Shown: positions 8,051 to 17,359, counted from the stretch's first letter. The stretch: 29,010 bases of DNA from a virus (IMGVR_UViG_2802429220_000002:1-29010), one strand, 5' to 3'. Program-made: numbers and translations. The notes: generated from the letters alone by a model not told the origin.

Positions 8051-8148
8051 ATTCTGTTTTTTCATGGCTCGCTACGGCGGCCTTTTTCATGTATACCCTG
8101 GCGGTTATTATGATGGCTTGTTTATTTGTTCATAAGAGGATTGATACA

Positions 8149-8631
8149 GTGGTCACTTATGCTGATATCAGGGCAAAACGGGCCGAAATACTGAAAGCTA
8201 AGCAGGAATACATTCAGCGGTTGCGGGATACAGCCACAAGGCTGGTCAATGCCTATGAGTCTTCACTGGCGTTGCCGGAACTGCAATGGCGAGACATTGA
8301 GGGTGAGTTACATCCTTACGTCTATATTTGCCTCAATGGCTTCAGTGTCCGACCGGAGGATTTGCAGGTAGACCTTAGGGACGGAGTTGCGTTTAATTTA
8401 TACACGGTTGTTGATGACAATCCCCGCCAGTCTGCAAGTGTGGAAGTTGGTGTAAAGATTGTGCTGCTTGATGGCGATAACCTGACGATTTCAGTTAATG
8501 GTTATGGGGACAGAACATTTTCGCACGTAGATACCGATGCAAAAATTAACGAGGTATGCGAGTTCATCAAAGACAGTATTTTAATGTCGATGAATGATGT
8601 GAATTTGGCAAAGCATCTCTGCCGAAGATAG
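8149..8631 (+). CDS. uncharacterised cargo protein (~160 aa)
   Basis: Longest ORF is 8089..8631, but AAGAGGA sits 7 nt before in-frame GTG 8149, and a promoter-like TTTTCA-16-TATTAT (8084..8111) overlaps the 8089 ATG, so 8149 is the more likely start. Soluble, acidic, no motif I recognise. Confidence 0.5.
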   Translation: MVTYADIRAKRAEILKAKQEYIQRLRDTATRLVNAYESSLALPELQWRDIEGELHPYVYICLNGFSVRPEDLQVDLRDGVAFNLYTVVDDNPRQSASVEVGVKIVLLDGDNLTISVNGYGDRTFSHVDTDAKINEVCEFIKDSILMSMNDVNLAKHLCRR

Positions 8632-8844
8632 AAGGCAGGAGTCGTAAAAAGGAATCGTTCGAAAATCTCAGAATCACCAGGCTGCGCATTTGCGTGGCCT
8701 TTTTTGTATCCGCGCCACGCCCGGCGCATATCAAAAACCACAGAGCCTTTCAGGGGTGAGCTTACGGGATGGTCAGTGTGACTTTCTCTGTGGGCTGGTC
8801 ACCCCCCCCGGGCGCAGGCTCACCCCCTAAAAGGAAAAGTCACG

Positions 8845-9270
8845 ATGTTTGGTATTTTCAAAAAGAAAACTCGCAAGGCCATTACCGAAGTGAAGAAGAT
8901 GGAGAACCGCGACGCAGTGGAGGCGACCGTCTGGGGTGCGTATTCCATTGCATACGCTGACGACACCTGTGACGCGAAAGAAATCGCGGTACTGGAGAAA
9001 ACCATTGCAGCACTTCCTGCCTTTGCGCCGTTCTCCGGTGAGATTGCACAAATGAGTGCAAATATCCGCGCCCGTTATGAAGCGTCGCCGCGCTCTGCCA
9101 ATGCTGAAGCCCTTCGTCAGCTGGCTGATGTTGCAGGTACTGATGACGCAGTTAATGTGCTGTGCCTGTGTCTGGATATCGCAGACCAGGATGGCATTGG
9201 TCCGGATGAAGAAGCACAGCTCAAGAAAATTGCTCAGGCGCTGCAGTTACCGCTGGAGCAGTATCTGTGA
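8845..9270 (+). CDS. TerB-like (tellurite-resistance TerB family) protein
   Basis: 141 aa with a strong RBS (AAAAGGAAAAG). All-helical and acidic, with the TerB-type acidic motif (LDIADQDGIGPDEEAQLKKIAQALQL) and earlier DDTCDAKEIAVLEKTIAAL. Confidence 0.65.
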   Translation: MFGIFKKKTRKAITEVKKMENRDAVEATVWGAYSIAYADDTCDAKEIAVLEKTIAALPAFAPFSGEIAQMSANIRARYEASPRSANAEALRQLADVAGTDDAVNVLCLCLDIADQDGIGPDEEAQLKKIAQALQLPLEQYL

Positions 9271-9419
9271 AAAGTGCGCGCCTTGTACTGGCTGCCATCC
9301 TGCTGTTTCTGGTAGTGGTGGTGGATTTCACCGGACGGCTGATGTCGGTGCTGGCAGATGGTGTGCTGGTGGCGATGGCGCTGGTCGTGCTCCGGCCTTT
9401 ACTGCGCAAATCTGAATGA
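9267..9419 (+). CDS. putative small membrane peptide (50 aa)
   Basis: GTG overlaps the TerB stop (GTGA), implying translational coupling. Product VKSARLVLAAILLFLVVVVDFTGRLMSVLADGVLVAMALVVLRPLLRKSE is one or two TM helices. Below the ORF-track cut-off. Confidence 0.35.
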   Translation: MKSARLVLAAILLFLVVVVDFTGRLMSVLADGVLVAMALVVLRPLLRKSE

Positions 9420-9467
9420 CACCACACAAAAGGCATCTGCGGGTGCCTTTGACGGGGTGTTTTTTAC

Positions 9468-9489
9468 GGGCCGCTGGTGGCCCTTTTTT
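9468..9489 (+). terminator. Rho-independent terminator after the TerB cassette
   Basis: gggcc-gctggt-ggccc hairpin followed by tttttt; preceded by a second hairpin (aaggca...tgcctt, 9430..9449). Confidence 0.5.
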
Positions 9490-9508
9490 ATTTACAGGAG
9501 AAAAAAGT

Positions 9509-9901
9509 ATGTCTGAACCCTTATCCGGTTCCGGCACGGCGGCGGCGCTCGGTGGGGCGACGGTATTCGGGCTGTTCACCGGAACGGATTTCGGGATTGT
9601 GTTTGGTGCGTTCGCGGGTGCGTTGTTTGTGGCCACGATACCACAGACGATTTCTGTCTGGCGGGTGGCGGCGCATTTTCTGGTGTCGTTCATTGTTGGC
9701 GTGCTGGGGGCGGATGTGATGGCGTCTTATCTGGTCGAAAAACTGGGGCTTCACAGTAAATCTGTCGACGCGCTGTGTGCGGTGCTGGTGTCTGTGGTGT
9801 CGGTGAAGATTCTGTCGTTCATCCACCAGCAGGATATCGCATCACTGGTGTCCGGCCTGTTTTCCCGCCTGCGAGGCGGAGGAGGCGGTAATGTTAAGTA
9901 A
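9509..9901 (+). CDS. putative holin (multi-TM membrane protein)
   Basis: ATG 9509 after AGGAGAAAAAAG; the ORF-track start at 9416 would overlap the terminator. Gly/Ala-rich hydrophobic segments give 3-4 TM helices; sits just upstream of the endolysin. Confidence 0.55.
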   Translation: MSEPLSGSGTAAALGGATVFGLFTGTDFGIVFGAFAGALFVATIPQTISVWRVAAHFLVSFIVGVLGADVMASYLVEKLGLHSKSVDALCAVLVSVVSVKILSFIHQQDIASLVSGLFSRLRGGGGGNVK

Positions 9902-10166
9902 CCTTCCCGGATTGCTGAATGTGGTTTTATGCACGGTTATCGTGCTGACGCTCTTTTTTTATCGTCGCCGTGATTCCAGACATAAACCGCTGGTGTCATG
10001 GCTGGCCTGGCTGCTGATGCTGCTGTATGCCTTTGCGCCACTCAGCTATCTGTGTGGTCGCCCGCTAGCAACGGGCTGGCTGGAAGTGTTTTTTAATCTG
10101 CTGTTCTGCGTGCTGGTGATGCGTGCACGTGGGAACGTCACAAAAATCCTTTCATTCCGGAGGTGA
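9891..10166 (+). CDS. putative holin/antiholin-like membrane protein
   Basis: 91 aa with 2-3 predicted TM helices and a charged C-terminus; overlaps neighbours within the lysis cassette. Confidence 0.45.
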   Translation: MLSNLPGLLNVVLCTVIVLTLFFYRRRDSRHKPLVSWLAWLLMLLYAFAPLSYLCGRPLATGWLEVFFNLLFCVLVMRARGNVTKILSFRR

Positions 10167-10546
10167 GCATGTCGGGTAAATTCAGATTCAGTCGTCGCAG
10201 TGAAAAAAATCTGGAAGGCGTAAAACCACAGCTGGTTGCTGTCGTTCGTCGTGCCCTTGAACTGACGGAGGTTGATTTCGGCATTACGGAAGGCCTGCGC
10301 ACGAAAGAACGCCAGAAACAGATGGTTGCAGAAGGCAAGAGCCAGACCATGAACAGCCGCCACCTGACAGGTGATGCGGTGGATGTTGTTGCTTACATTG
10401 GCAGCCAGGTGTCATGGAACTGGCCTCTGTACGAGAAAATCGCGCAGGCATTTAAGCAGGCCGCCGCAGAGATGGGTACTGCCATCGAATGGGGCGGGGA
10501 CTGGAAAACACTGAAAGACGGACCTCACTTTCAGTTGAAACGCTGA
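10163..10546 (+). CDS. endolysin, peptidase M15 family (L-alanyl-D-glutamate endopeptidase type)
   Basis: Zinc-ligand motifs SRHLTGDAVD (H-x6-D) and C-terminal GGDW...DGPHFQ, as in VanY/M15 phage endolysins; ~127 aa. Confidence 0.8.
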   Translation: MSMSGKFRFSRRSEKNLEGVKPQLVAVVRRALELTEVDFGITEGLRTKERQKQMVAEGKSQTMNSRHLTGDAVDVVAYIGSQVSWNWPLYEKIAQAFKQAAAEMGTAIEWGGDWKTLKDGPHFQLKR

Positions 10547-10560
10547 TAACCAGGTGGGGT

Positions 10561-10743
10561 ATGAGCAGAAAACACTGGACACACAGAATGCCACGAACGG
10601 CGGCGAAATGGGCACTGGTAGCGATACTGGTGCCTTTTTTATTGGTGGGATGCGTCAGCCTGGATAAGGCGCGCCAGCTTTTCGATACAGCTTCTCAGGT
10701 CTGCGAAATTGTCGACGGTGTTCGGCAGTGTCTGCAGAACTGA
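10561..10743 (+). CDS. lipoprotein, possible o-spanin (Rz1-like)
   Basis: ATG 10561 after GGTGGGG. Signal peptide with lipobox LLVGC, then a short periplasmic segment with three Cys; directly downstream of the endolysin. Confidence 0.5.
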   Translation: MSRKHWTHRMPRTAAKWALVAILVPFLLVGCVSLDKARQLFDTASQVCEIVDGVRQCLQN

Positions 10744-10914
10744 TCGCCTGTAAGAGCAGAATATTTTGCTGAAAAATGAAGGATGCGCCAGCGTCCGGAA
10801 AGCATGAAATTCTGTGTTTGTGGCTACTCAATAAAATAAATTCTTTCTGTCGCCGCGAATACTCAAATGTTGATCAGTGCCCGGTGCGGCGACGGGCTTC
10901 AATATCAGGAGACG

Positions 10915-11214
10915 ATGATGGAAAAAACAGAAAACAAACCGATTGTAATTGGTGCTGATGCTGCTCCGTTTAAGTTTGAGTTGTCTCAACTGGTGGAGAT
11001 GCGCATCAGTGATGAATGGGGTGAGGTTAAAGCCCGCGCGCAGTATGCGGATGGCGAAAACCAGTACTTAATCCACTACAAAGCAGCTGATGGTCGCGCC
11101 ACGACAGAGTGGTTTGGTGAGTCAATGCTGGAAGCAACAGAAGATGATCGCCATCCGGGCTGTCCGGTATTTGCCGGTATGAAATTACCGGAAGGCGCAG
11201 TTGTTACTGAGTAA
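10915..11214 (+). CDS. hypothetical small acidic protein
   Basis: AGGAGA RBS with tandem ATGs at 10915/10918; ~100 aa soluble protein between lysis and packaging genes. Confidence 0.45.
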   Translation: MMEKTENKPIVIGADAAPFKFELSQLVEMRISDEWGEVKARAQYADGENQYLIHYKAADGRATTEWFGESMLEATEDDRHPGCPVFAGMKLPEGAVVTE

Positions 11215-11275
11215 CAGGCATTACAGCAGCCCTTCAGTGAGGGGCTGCGATAATGCCGGTATTAAGGAGATTCCA

Positions 11276-11626
11276 ATGCCATCACGAATACCCCGCGCCT
11301 GTCGTAAGCGTGGATGTGCAGGCACAACAACAGACAGTTCGGGTTACTGCGATAAGCATCGCGGTGAAGGCTGGGTGCAGCACCAGCGCGGACTGAGCCG
11401 CCACCAGCGTGGCTATGGCTCAAAATGGACGGTGATTCGTGCCCGTATTCTGAAGCGCGATAAAGGTCTGTGTCAGTTGTGTCTGCGTGTCGGTGTGGTG
11501 AGCGAGGCGAAAACTGTCGACCACATCATCCCGAAAGCGCATGGCGGAACAGACGCAGACAGCAACCTGCAGAGTCTGTGCTGGCCCTGCCACAAGGAGA
11601 AAACAGCGCGCGAACGAATCAGGTGA
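11276..11626 (+). CDS. HNH endonuclease (terminase-associated)
   Basis: AAGGAGA RBS. Cys4 zinc-finger spacing (CRKRGC...C...CDKH; CQLC...CWPCH) with the HNH catalytic segment VDHIIPKAHGGTDADSNLQSLCWPCH; located upstream of terS as in HK97-like cos phages. Confidence 0.85.
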   Translation: MPSRIPRACRKRGCAGTTTDSSGYCDKHRGEGWVQHQRGLSRHQRGYGSKWTVIRARILKRDKGLCQLCLRVGVVSEAKTVDHIIPKAHGGTDADSNLQSLCWPCHKEKTARERIR

Positions 11627-11640
11627 TAATTATTCTCACT

Positions 11641-11700
11641 TGTGGGGAGGGGCGGGTCAAATCCCTGCAGTCCTGGCTGTCCGGGACCGCCCGCCAACCC
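11641..11700. other. candidate cos / packaging-initiation region
   Basis: GC-rich imperfectly symmetric segment (ggggcgggtc ... gaccgcccgcc) in the 148-nt gap between HNH and terS, where cos lies in lambda/HK97-type phages. Inference only. Confidence 0.3.
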
Positions 11701-11773
11701 TTCTTCGCATCGCCGCAGGTTCGAAAACTTTTTTTTGGGAATGCGATCAAACGATTGATAGGTAAAACCGATT

Positions 11774-12256
11774 ATGTCAGGACCCCCGAAAACCCCGCCA
11801 CGCCTGCATTTGATACGAGGCAACCCCTCAAAGCGTCCCGTTAAAGACTCCAAAAAAACCGCTAAAAAGGACGAAAAAGGTCTCCCTAAAATTCCGCAGC
11901 ATTTAGGGGCGCAGGGGAAGTACTGGTTCAGGCGAATGGCGGAAGAGCTGAATGCGGAAGGGATCATTTCTCAGCTTGATGCGCGTGCACTCGAGTTACT
12001 GGTGGAAGCCTACACCGAATACCGGCATCACTGCGAAACACTCGATGTTGAGGGTTATACCTACCGCACGGAAACGCAGAATGGCGATGTGATGATCAAG
12101 GCACATCCGGCTGCGGCGATGAAGGCAGATGCCTGGAAGCGGATCCGGGCGATGCTTGCAGAGTTTGGTATGTCACCGGCAAGCCGGGCGAAAGTAAATA
12201 TCGCCGGACCGGATGATGTTGATCCGTTGGCAGAGCTTTTAAAAGCGAGAGACTGA
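11774..12256 (+). CDS. terminase small subunit (P27-family-like)
   Basis: 160 aa with a basic N-terminus, immediately upstream of and overlapping the large terminase start. Confidence 0.75.
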   Translation: MSGPPKTPPRLHLIRGNPSKRPVKDSKKTAKKDEKGLPKIPQHLGAQGKYWFRRMAEELNAEGIISQLDARALELLVEAYTEYRHHCETLDVEGYTYRTETQNGDVMIKAHPAAAMKADAWKRIRAMLAEFGMSPASRAKVNIAGPDDVDPLAELLKARD

Positions 12257-14013
12257 TGGCAAAAGTGGCTGACGGGATCCGCTACGCCGAACGTGTTGTT
12301 GCAGGAGAAATTGTCGCTGGCGAATTTGTCCGTCTGGCCTGCCAGCGTTTTCTTGATGATCTGAAGTACGGCGAAGAGCGGGGGATTTATTTCAGTGAAC
12401 CCCGTGCGCAGCACATCCTGAATTTCTACAAATTTGTGCCCCATGTGAAAGGGGCGCTGGCAGGCCAGCCCATTGAGTTGATGGACTGGCATGTATTTAT
12501 CCTCATTAATATTTTTGGTTTTGTCATTCCGCTGGTCAATGAAGAGACCGGGGAAGTTGTCATGCGCAGCGATGGCAGCGGACGCCCGGTGATGGTGCGC
12601 CGGTTCCGGACGGCATACAACGAAGTCGCCCGTAAAAACGCAAAATCTACGCTGTCATCGGGTATCGGGCTGTATATGACCGGGGCTGATGGTGAAGGCG
12701 GGGCTGAGGTGTATTCAGCCGCAACCACGCGTGACCAGGCCAGAATCGTGTTTGAAGACGCCAAAAATATGGTCAGAAAAGCCCGGTCTACACTCGGGCG
12801 ATTGTTTGATTTCAACAAGCTGGCGATTTACCAGGAGCAGAGCGCATCAAAATTTGAACCGCTTTCCTCGGATGCAAACAACCTGGACGGTCTGAACATC
12901 CACTGCGCCATTATTGATGAGCTGCATGCACATAAAACCCGCGACGTGTGGGACGTTCTGGAAACGGCAACCGGTGCCCGTCTGCAGTCCCTGTTATTTG
13001 GTATCACCACGGCAGGCTTTAACAAGGAAGGGATTTGTTACGAGCAACGCGATTACGCCATCAAGGTATTGCGAGGCTATAACAGCGACGTGGAGGGCGC
13101 AGTAAAAGACGATTCCTACTTTGCGATTATTTACACGCTCGATGAGGGAGATGATCCGTTTGATGAAACGGTCTGGCAGAAAGCGAATCCGGGCCTGGGC
13201 ATCTGTAAACGCTGGGATGATCTGCGTCGTCTGGCGACAAAAGCAAAGGAACAGATCTCGGCGCGGGTGAATTTTTTCACAAAACACATGAATGTGTGGG
13301 TCACTGCCGAGTCTGCCTGGATGGACATGATTAAGTGGGAGAAGTGTGAATACATCGCTCCACAGCATGAGCTGAAAACGTATCCCATGTGGGTCGGCGT
13401 CGACCTTGCTCATAAGATTGATATCTGTGCGGCGGCAAAACTCTGGCGAACCGATAACGGACATGTTCATGCTGATTTTAAATTCTGGCTTCCGGAAGGG
13501 CGACTGGATCGGTGTTCACGGCAGCAGGCAGAACTTTACCGGAAGTGGGCGGAAATGGGGAAGCTGATTCTGACGGATGGTGATGTTATCGATCATGCTC
13601 AGATAAAAAGTGACTTACTGGAATGGATTGGCGGTGAAAACCTGAGGGAGCTGGGATTTGACCCGTGGAGCGCAATGCAGTTCAGTCTGGCGCTGGCTGA
13701 AGAAGGGATACCGCTGGTGGAGGTTCCGCAGACGGTCCGCAATCTGTCAGAGGCCATGAAGGAAACGGAATCACTGGTCTATGCCGGACGTTTCCACCAC
13801 AGCAATCACCCGGTCATGAACTGGATGATGTCTAACGTTACGGTGAAACCGGATAAAAACGACAATATCTTCCCGAATAAATCCACGCCGGAAGCCAAAA
13901 TCGACGGTCCTGTTGCGATGTTTACAGCAATGAGCAGGATGCTGGTCAATGGCGGTGAACCGGAGCCGGATCTGTCTGAGCATCTGGTCAGCGTTGGTAT
14001 CCGCTCGCTTTAA
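12256..14013 (+). CDS. terminase large subunit
   Basis: 585 aa; size, position and nuclease-like acidic motifs (e.g. CAIIDELHA) match lambda/HK97-type large terminases. Confidence 0.9.
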   Translation: MAKVADGIRYAERVVAGEIVAGEFVRLACQRFLDDLKYGEERGIYFSEPRAQHILNFYKFVPHVKGALAGQPIELMDWHVFILINIFGFVIPLVNEETGEVVMRSDGSGRPVMVRRFRTAYNEVARKNAKSTLSSGIGLYMTGADGEGGAEVYSAATTRDQARIVFEDAKNMVRKARSTLGRLFDFNKLAIYQEQSASKFEPLSSDANNLDGLNIHCAIIDELHAHKTRDVWDVLETATGARLQSLLFGITTAGFNKEGICYEQRDYAIKVLRGYNSDVEGAVKDDSYFAIIYTLDEGDDPFDETVWQKANPGLGICKRWDDLRRLATKAKEQISARVNFFTKHMNVWVTAESAWMDMIKWEKCEYIAPQHELKTYPMWVGVDLAHKIDICAAAKLWRTDNGHVHADFKFWLPEGRLDRCSRQQAELYRKWAEMGKLILTDGDVIDHAQIKSDLLEWIGGENLRELGFDPWSAMQFSLALAEEGIPLVEVPQTVRNLSEAMKETESLVYAGRFHHSNHPVMNWMMSNVTVKPDKNDNIFPNKSTPEAKIDGPVAMFTAMSRMLVNGGEPEPDLSEHLVSVGIRSL

Positions 14014-14024
14014 CCGAGGTCATT

Positions 14025-14207
14025 ATGTTTCTGATAATTCTCACACCACTGGTTGGCGTGCTGGGGGCGCTTTTGCTGTCGTATGGCACATGGCTGATTT
14101 ATCCCCCGGCAGGTTTTGTTGTTGCAGGGGCGCTGTGCCTGTTCTGGTCGTGGCTGGTTGCTCGTTATCTCGATCGCGGTCAGCGGGTCGCCTCCGGAGG
14201 TGAGTAA
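14025..14207 (+). CDS. hypothetical small membrane protein
   Basis: 60-aa ORF with two hydrophobic helices between terL and portal; its stop overlaps the portal start. Confidence 0.35.
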   Translation: MFLIILTPLVGVLGALLLSYGTWLIYPPAGFVVAGALCLFWSWLVARYLDRGQRVASGGE

Positions 14208-15448
14208 TGTTTTTCCAGGGGCTTTTTCAACGCAAAAATAACACTCCCGTTACAACACCCGGGATGCTTGCGGAAGAGCTGGGATTGTCATACGACACCT
14301 ATACCGGAAAGCGGATCAGCAGTCAGCGGGCCATGCGGCTGACGGCGGTGTATTCCTGCGTCAGAGTGCTGGCGGAGTCTGTTGGTATGCTGCCCTGCAG
14401 CCTCTACAAAATCACCGGTACCCTTAAAACACGGGCGGTGGATGAACGACTGCATAAGCTGGTTTCGGCAAAACCCAATGGCTACATGACGCCGCAGGAA
14501 TTCTGGGAACTGGTCATTGTCTGCCTGTGTCTGCGGGGTAATTTTTATGCCTACAAGGTAAAGGCGCTGGGGGAAGTGGTGGAGCTTCTTCCGATAGATC
14601 CGGGCTGTGTGGAACCGAAGCTGAACAGCCAGTGGCAGCCGGTTTATCAGGTGACGTTTCCGGATGGTTCCGTGGACGTGCTGACTCAGAATGAAATCTG
14701 GCATGTACGTACTCTGACGCTGGACGGACTTGTCGGGCTGAATCCCATTGCGTATGCGCGTGAGGCCATTTCACTGGCAGCGGCAACCGAGGAGCACGGT
14801 GCCAGGTTGTTTGGTAACGGTGCGGTGACATCCGGTGTGTTGCGTACGGATCAACAACTTTCTGATCAGGCTTATGCGCGTATCAAAAAGGATTTTGAGG
14901 AACGGCATGTCGGGCTGGGAAACTCTCATCGTCCGATGATTCTGGAAATGGGGCTGGACTGGAAAACGGTGGCACTGAATGCCGAAGATAGCCAGTTTCT
15001 GGAAACCCGCAAGTTTCAGCTGGAAGAAATCTGTCGCCTGTTCCGCGTGCCGCTGCATATGGTGCAGAACACCGATCGCGCCACCTTCAACAATATTGAA
15101 GAACTGGGGCTTGGCTTCATTAACTATTCCCTTGTGCCGTATCTGACCCGTATTGAACAGCGGATCAATACAGGGCTGGTCAGGGAGAGCAAACAGGGGA
15201 AGTTTTACGCCAAATTTAATGCCGGAGCATTGTTGCGTGGCGACATGAAATCCCGCTTTGAAGCGTATGCCACGGGGATCAACTGGGGGATTTATTCCCC
15301 TAATGACTGCCGTGATCTGGAGGATATGAATCCCCGACCGGGTGGTGATGTGTATCTGACACCGATGAACATGACCACCAGTCCCTCTGCTGGCGATGAC
15401 AACGGTAAGAAAAAGGAGAGTGGAGATGCAGACAAAACAGCGTCTTGA
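14207..15448 (+). CDS. portal protein (HK97 family)
   Basis: 413 aa immediately after terminase; acidic/Gly-rich C-terminus typical of portals. Confidence 0.9.
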   Translation: MFFQGLFQRKNNTPVTTPGMLAEELGLSYDTYTGKRISSQRAMRLTAVYSCVRVLAESVGMLPCSLYKITGTLKTRAVDERLHKLVSAKPNGYMTPQEFWELVIVCLCLRGNFYAYKVKALGEVVELLPIDPGCVEPKLNSQWQPVYQVTFPDGSVDVLTQNEIWHVRTLTLDGLVGLNPIAYAREAISLAAATEEHGARLFGNGAVTSGVLRTDQQLSDQAYARIKKDFEERHVGLGNSHRPMILEMGLDWKTVALNAEDSQFLETRKFQLEEICRLFRVPLHMVQNTDRATFNNIEELGLGFINYSLVPYLTRIEQRINTGLVRESKQGKFYAKFNAGALLRGDMKSRFEAYATGINWGIYSPNDCRDLEDMNPRPGGDVYLTPMNMTTSPSAGDDNGKKKESGDADKTAS

Positions 15449-16076
15449 TATACCGCTGAACCTGAAATCCGTCAGTGATTCCGGGGAATTTGAAGGTTAC
15501 GGTTCTGTTTTTGGTGTTAAGGACAGCCACGATGATGTGGTGGTCCCCGGAGCCTTTACCACAACACTCCAGAAATGGAGCGAAAAAAAGGCGCTGCCTG
15601 CGTTGCTCTGGCAGCACCGCATGGATGAGCCCATCGGTGTGTACACCGAAATGAAAGAAGATGATGTCGGGCTTTATGTCAGGGGACGATTACTCATTGA
15701 TGATGATCCCCTGGCAAAACGTGCACATGCCCATATGAAGGCCGGTTCTTTAACCGGCCTTTCTGTTGGCTACATCCTGAAAGACTGGGAGTACGACCGG
15801 GAAAAAGGGGTATTCCTGCTGAAAGAGATCGACCTGTGGGAGGTCAGTCTGGTGACGTTTCCTTCCAATGATGAAGCACGCATCAGTGATGTGAAAAATG
15901 CGCTGGCGCGTGGGGAGATCCCTGATCAGAAAATTATTGAGCGGGTCCTGCGCGATGTTGGACTCTCGCGAACCCAGGCCAAAGCATTCATGGTCGGGGG
16001 ATATGGCGCTTTATCCCTGCGTGATGCTGAGGATGTGGATGCCGCACTGAATGCACTGAAAAATCTTAAATTTTAA
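15426..16076 (+). CDS. prohead maturation protease (HK97 / U35 family)
   Basis: ATG 15426 after AAGGAGAG; ~216 aa between portal and capsid; FEGYGSVFGVKDSHDDVVVPGAF region typical of HK97-type prohead proteases. Confidence 0.85.
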   Translation: MQTKQRLDIPLNLKSVSDSGEFEGYGSVFGVKDSHDDVVVPGAFTTTLQKWSEKKALPALLWQHRMDEPIGVYTEMKEDDVGLYVRGRLLIDDDPLAKRAHAHMKAGSLTGLSVGYILKDWEYDREKGVFLLKEIDLWEVSLVTFPSNDEARISDVKNALARGEIPDQKIIERVLRDVGLSRTQAKAFMVGGYGALSLRDAEDVDAALNALKNLKF

Positions 16077-16090
16077 CCAGGAGAAAAATA

Positions 16091-17314
16091 ATGGCTGATG
16101 TTAAAGATGTGGAACAGGTCGCGCAGGAGTTGCAGCGGAAGTTTGACGATTTTAAGGAAAAAAACGACAAACGTATCGATGCGATCGAGCAGGAAAAGGG
16201 AAAACTTGCTGGTGAAGTGGAAACCCTCAACGGAAAACTGGCTGAACTGGAAAATCTGAAAAGCGATCTTGAAGCTGAACTGGCTGAAGTCAAGCGTCCG
16301 GCAGGCGGCACGCAAAATAAAGTTGCCGGGGAACATAAAGAAGCGTTTATCGGATTTATGCGTAAGGGGCGTGAAGATGGCCTGCGTGAGCTTGAGCGTA
16401 AGGCGATGCAGGTGGGCAATGATGAAGATGGTGGTTATGCCATTCCGGAAGAACTGGACCGCACCATTCTGACGTTGCTGAAAGATGAGGTGGTGATGCG
16501 CCAGGAAGCCACTGTGATCACCCTCGGTGGCTCGGATTATAAAAAACTGGTGAATCTGGGCGGCACAACGTCCGGATGGGTGGGGGAAACGGATGCTCGT
16601 CCGGAAACCGCCACATCAAAACTGGGTCTGATTGAACCCTTTATGGGGGAAATCTACGGCAACCCGCAGGCCACCCAGAAAATGCTCGATGACGCTTTCT
16701 TCAATGTGGAAGACTGGATCAACAGTGAGCTGGCGCTGGAATTTGCCGAACAGGAAGAAATTGCCTTTACCAGTGGCGACGGCAGCAAAAAACCAAAAGG
16801 TTTTCTGGCTTACGAGTCCACCGATGAAGATGACAAGACCCGTGCGTTTGGCAAACTTCAGCACATTGCTTCCGGTGCGGCTTCCGGCGTGACTGCCGAT
16901 GCGATCATTAAACTGATTTACACCCTGCGCAAGGCGCACCGCAGCGGCGCGAAGTTCATGATGAACAACAGCAGCCTGTTTGCCATTCGTCTGCTGAAGG
17001 ATAACGACGGAAATTATCTGTGGCGTCCGGGTATTGAGCTGGGTCAGCCTTCTTCTCTGGCAGGGTATGGCATCGTTGAGAATGAGCAGATGCCGGATAT
17101 TGCCGCCGATGCAAAAGCCATTGCGTTTGGTAACTTCAAACGCGGCTATACCATCGTTGACCGCATCGGTACCCGTATCCTGCGCGATCCGTACACCAAC
17201 AAACCGTTTGTGGGTTTTTATACCACCAAGCGAACCGGCGGTATGCTGGTGGATTCTCAGGCGATTAAGCTGATGAAAATTGGGGCTGCAACCCGCCAGA
17301 AAGCCGCTGCGTAA
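16091..17314 (+). CDS. major capsid protein (HK97 fold) with N-terminal coiled-coil scaffolding (delta) domain
   Basis: 407 aa; N-terminal ~75 residues are a charged coiled coil (KLAGEVETLNGKLAELENLKSDLEAELAEVK) followed by a capsid-like body; no separate scaffold gene is present. Confidence 0.9.
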   Translation: MADVKDVEQVAQELQRKFDDFKEKNDKRIDAIEQEKGKLAGEVETLNGKLAELENLKSDLEAELAEVKRPAGGTQNKVAGEHKEAFIGFMRKGREDGLRELERKAMQVGNDEDGGYAIPEELDRTILTLLKDEVVMRQEATVITLGGSDYKKLVNLGGTTSGWVGETDARPETATSKLGLIEPFMGEIYGNPQATQKMLDDAFFNVEDWINSELALEFAEQEEIAFTSGDGSKKPKGFLAYESTDEDDKTRAFGKLQHIASGAASGVTADAIIKLIYTLRKAHRSGAKFMMNNSSLFAIRLLKDNDGNYLWRPGIELGQPSSLAGYGIVENEQMPDIAADAKAIAFGNFKRGYTIVDRIGTRILRDPYTNKPFVGFYTTKRTGGMLVDSQAIKLMKIGAATRQKAAA

Positions 17315-17348
17315 TGCGGTTTTTTTGTGCCCGCGTAATGGCGGGCAC
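17303..17348 (+). terminator. terminator-like hairpin plus second hairpin after the capsid gene
   Basis: gccgc...gcgg followed by seven T at the capsid stop, then gtgcccgc-gtaatg-gcgggcac just before the next RBS. Confidence 0.45.
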
Positions 17349-17359
17349 AGGAGGAAAAT

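Noticed and set aside
8089-8148. N-terminal extension (MYTLAVIMMACLFVHKRIDT) of the cargo ORF
   Set aside because: No RBS upstream of 8089 and the segment overlaps a promoter-like -35/-10 pair; the strong RBS before GTG 8149 favours the shorter start. Not fully excluded.
9416-9508. Upstream extension of the holin ORF (track start 9416)
   Set aside because: The extension overlaps the terminator hairpins at 9430..9489; ATG 9509 has a proper RBS.
11473-11967. 164-aa minus-strand ORF overlapping the HNH-terS gap and the terS 5' end
   Set aside because: Antisense to terS and the putative cos region, with low-complexity translation; the plus-strand genes account for the region.
12994-13470. 158-aa minus-strand ORF (and others at 12061..12492, 12426..12818) inside terL
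   Set aside because: Antisense shadow ORFs within the large terminase gene.
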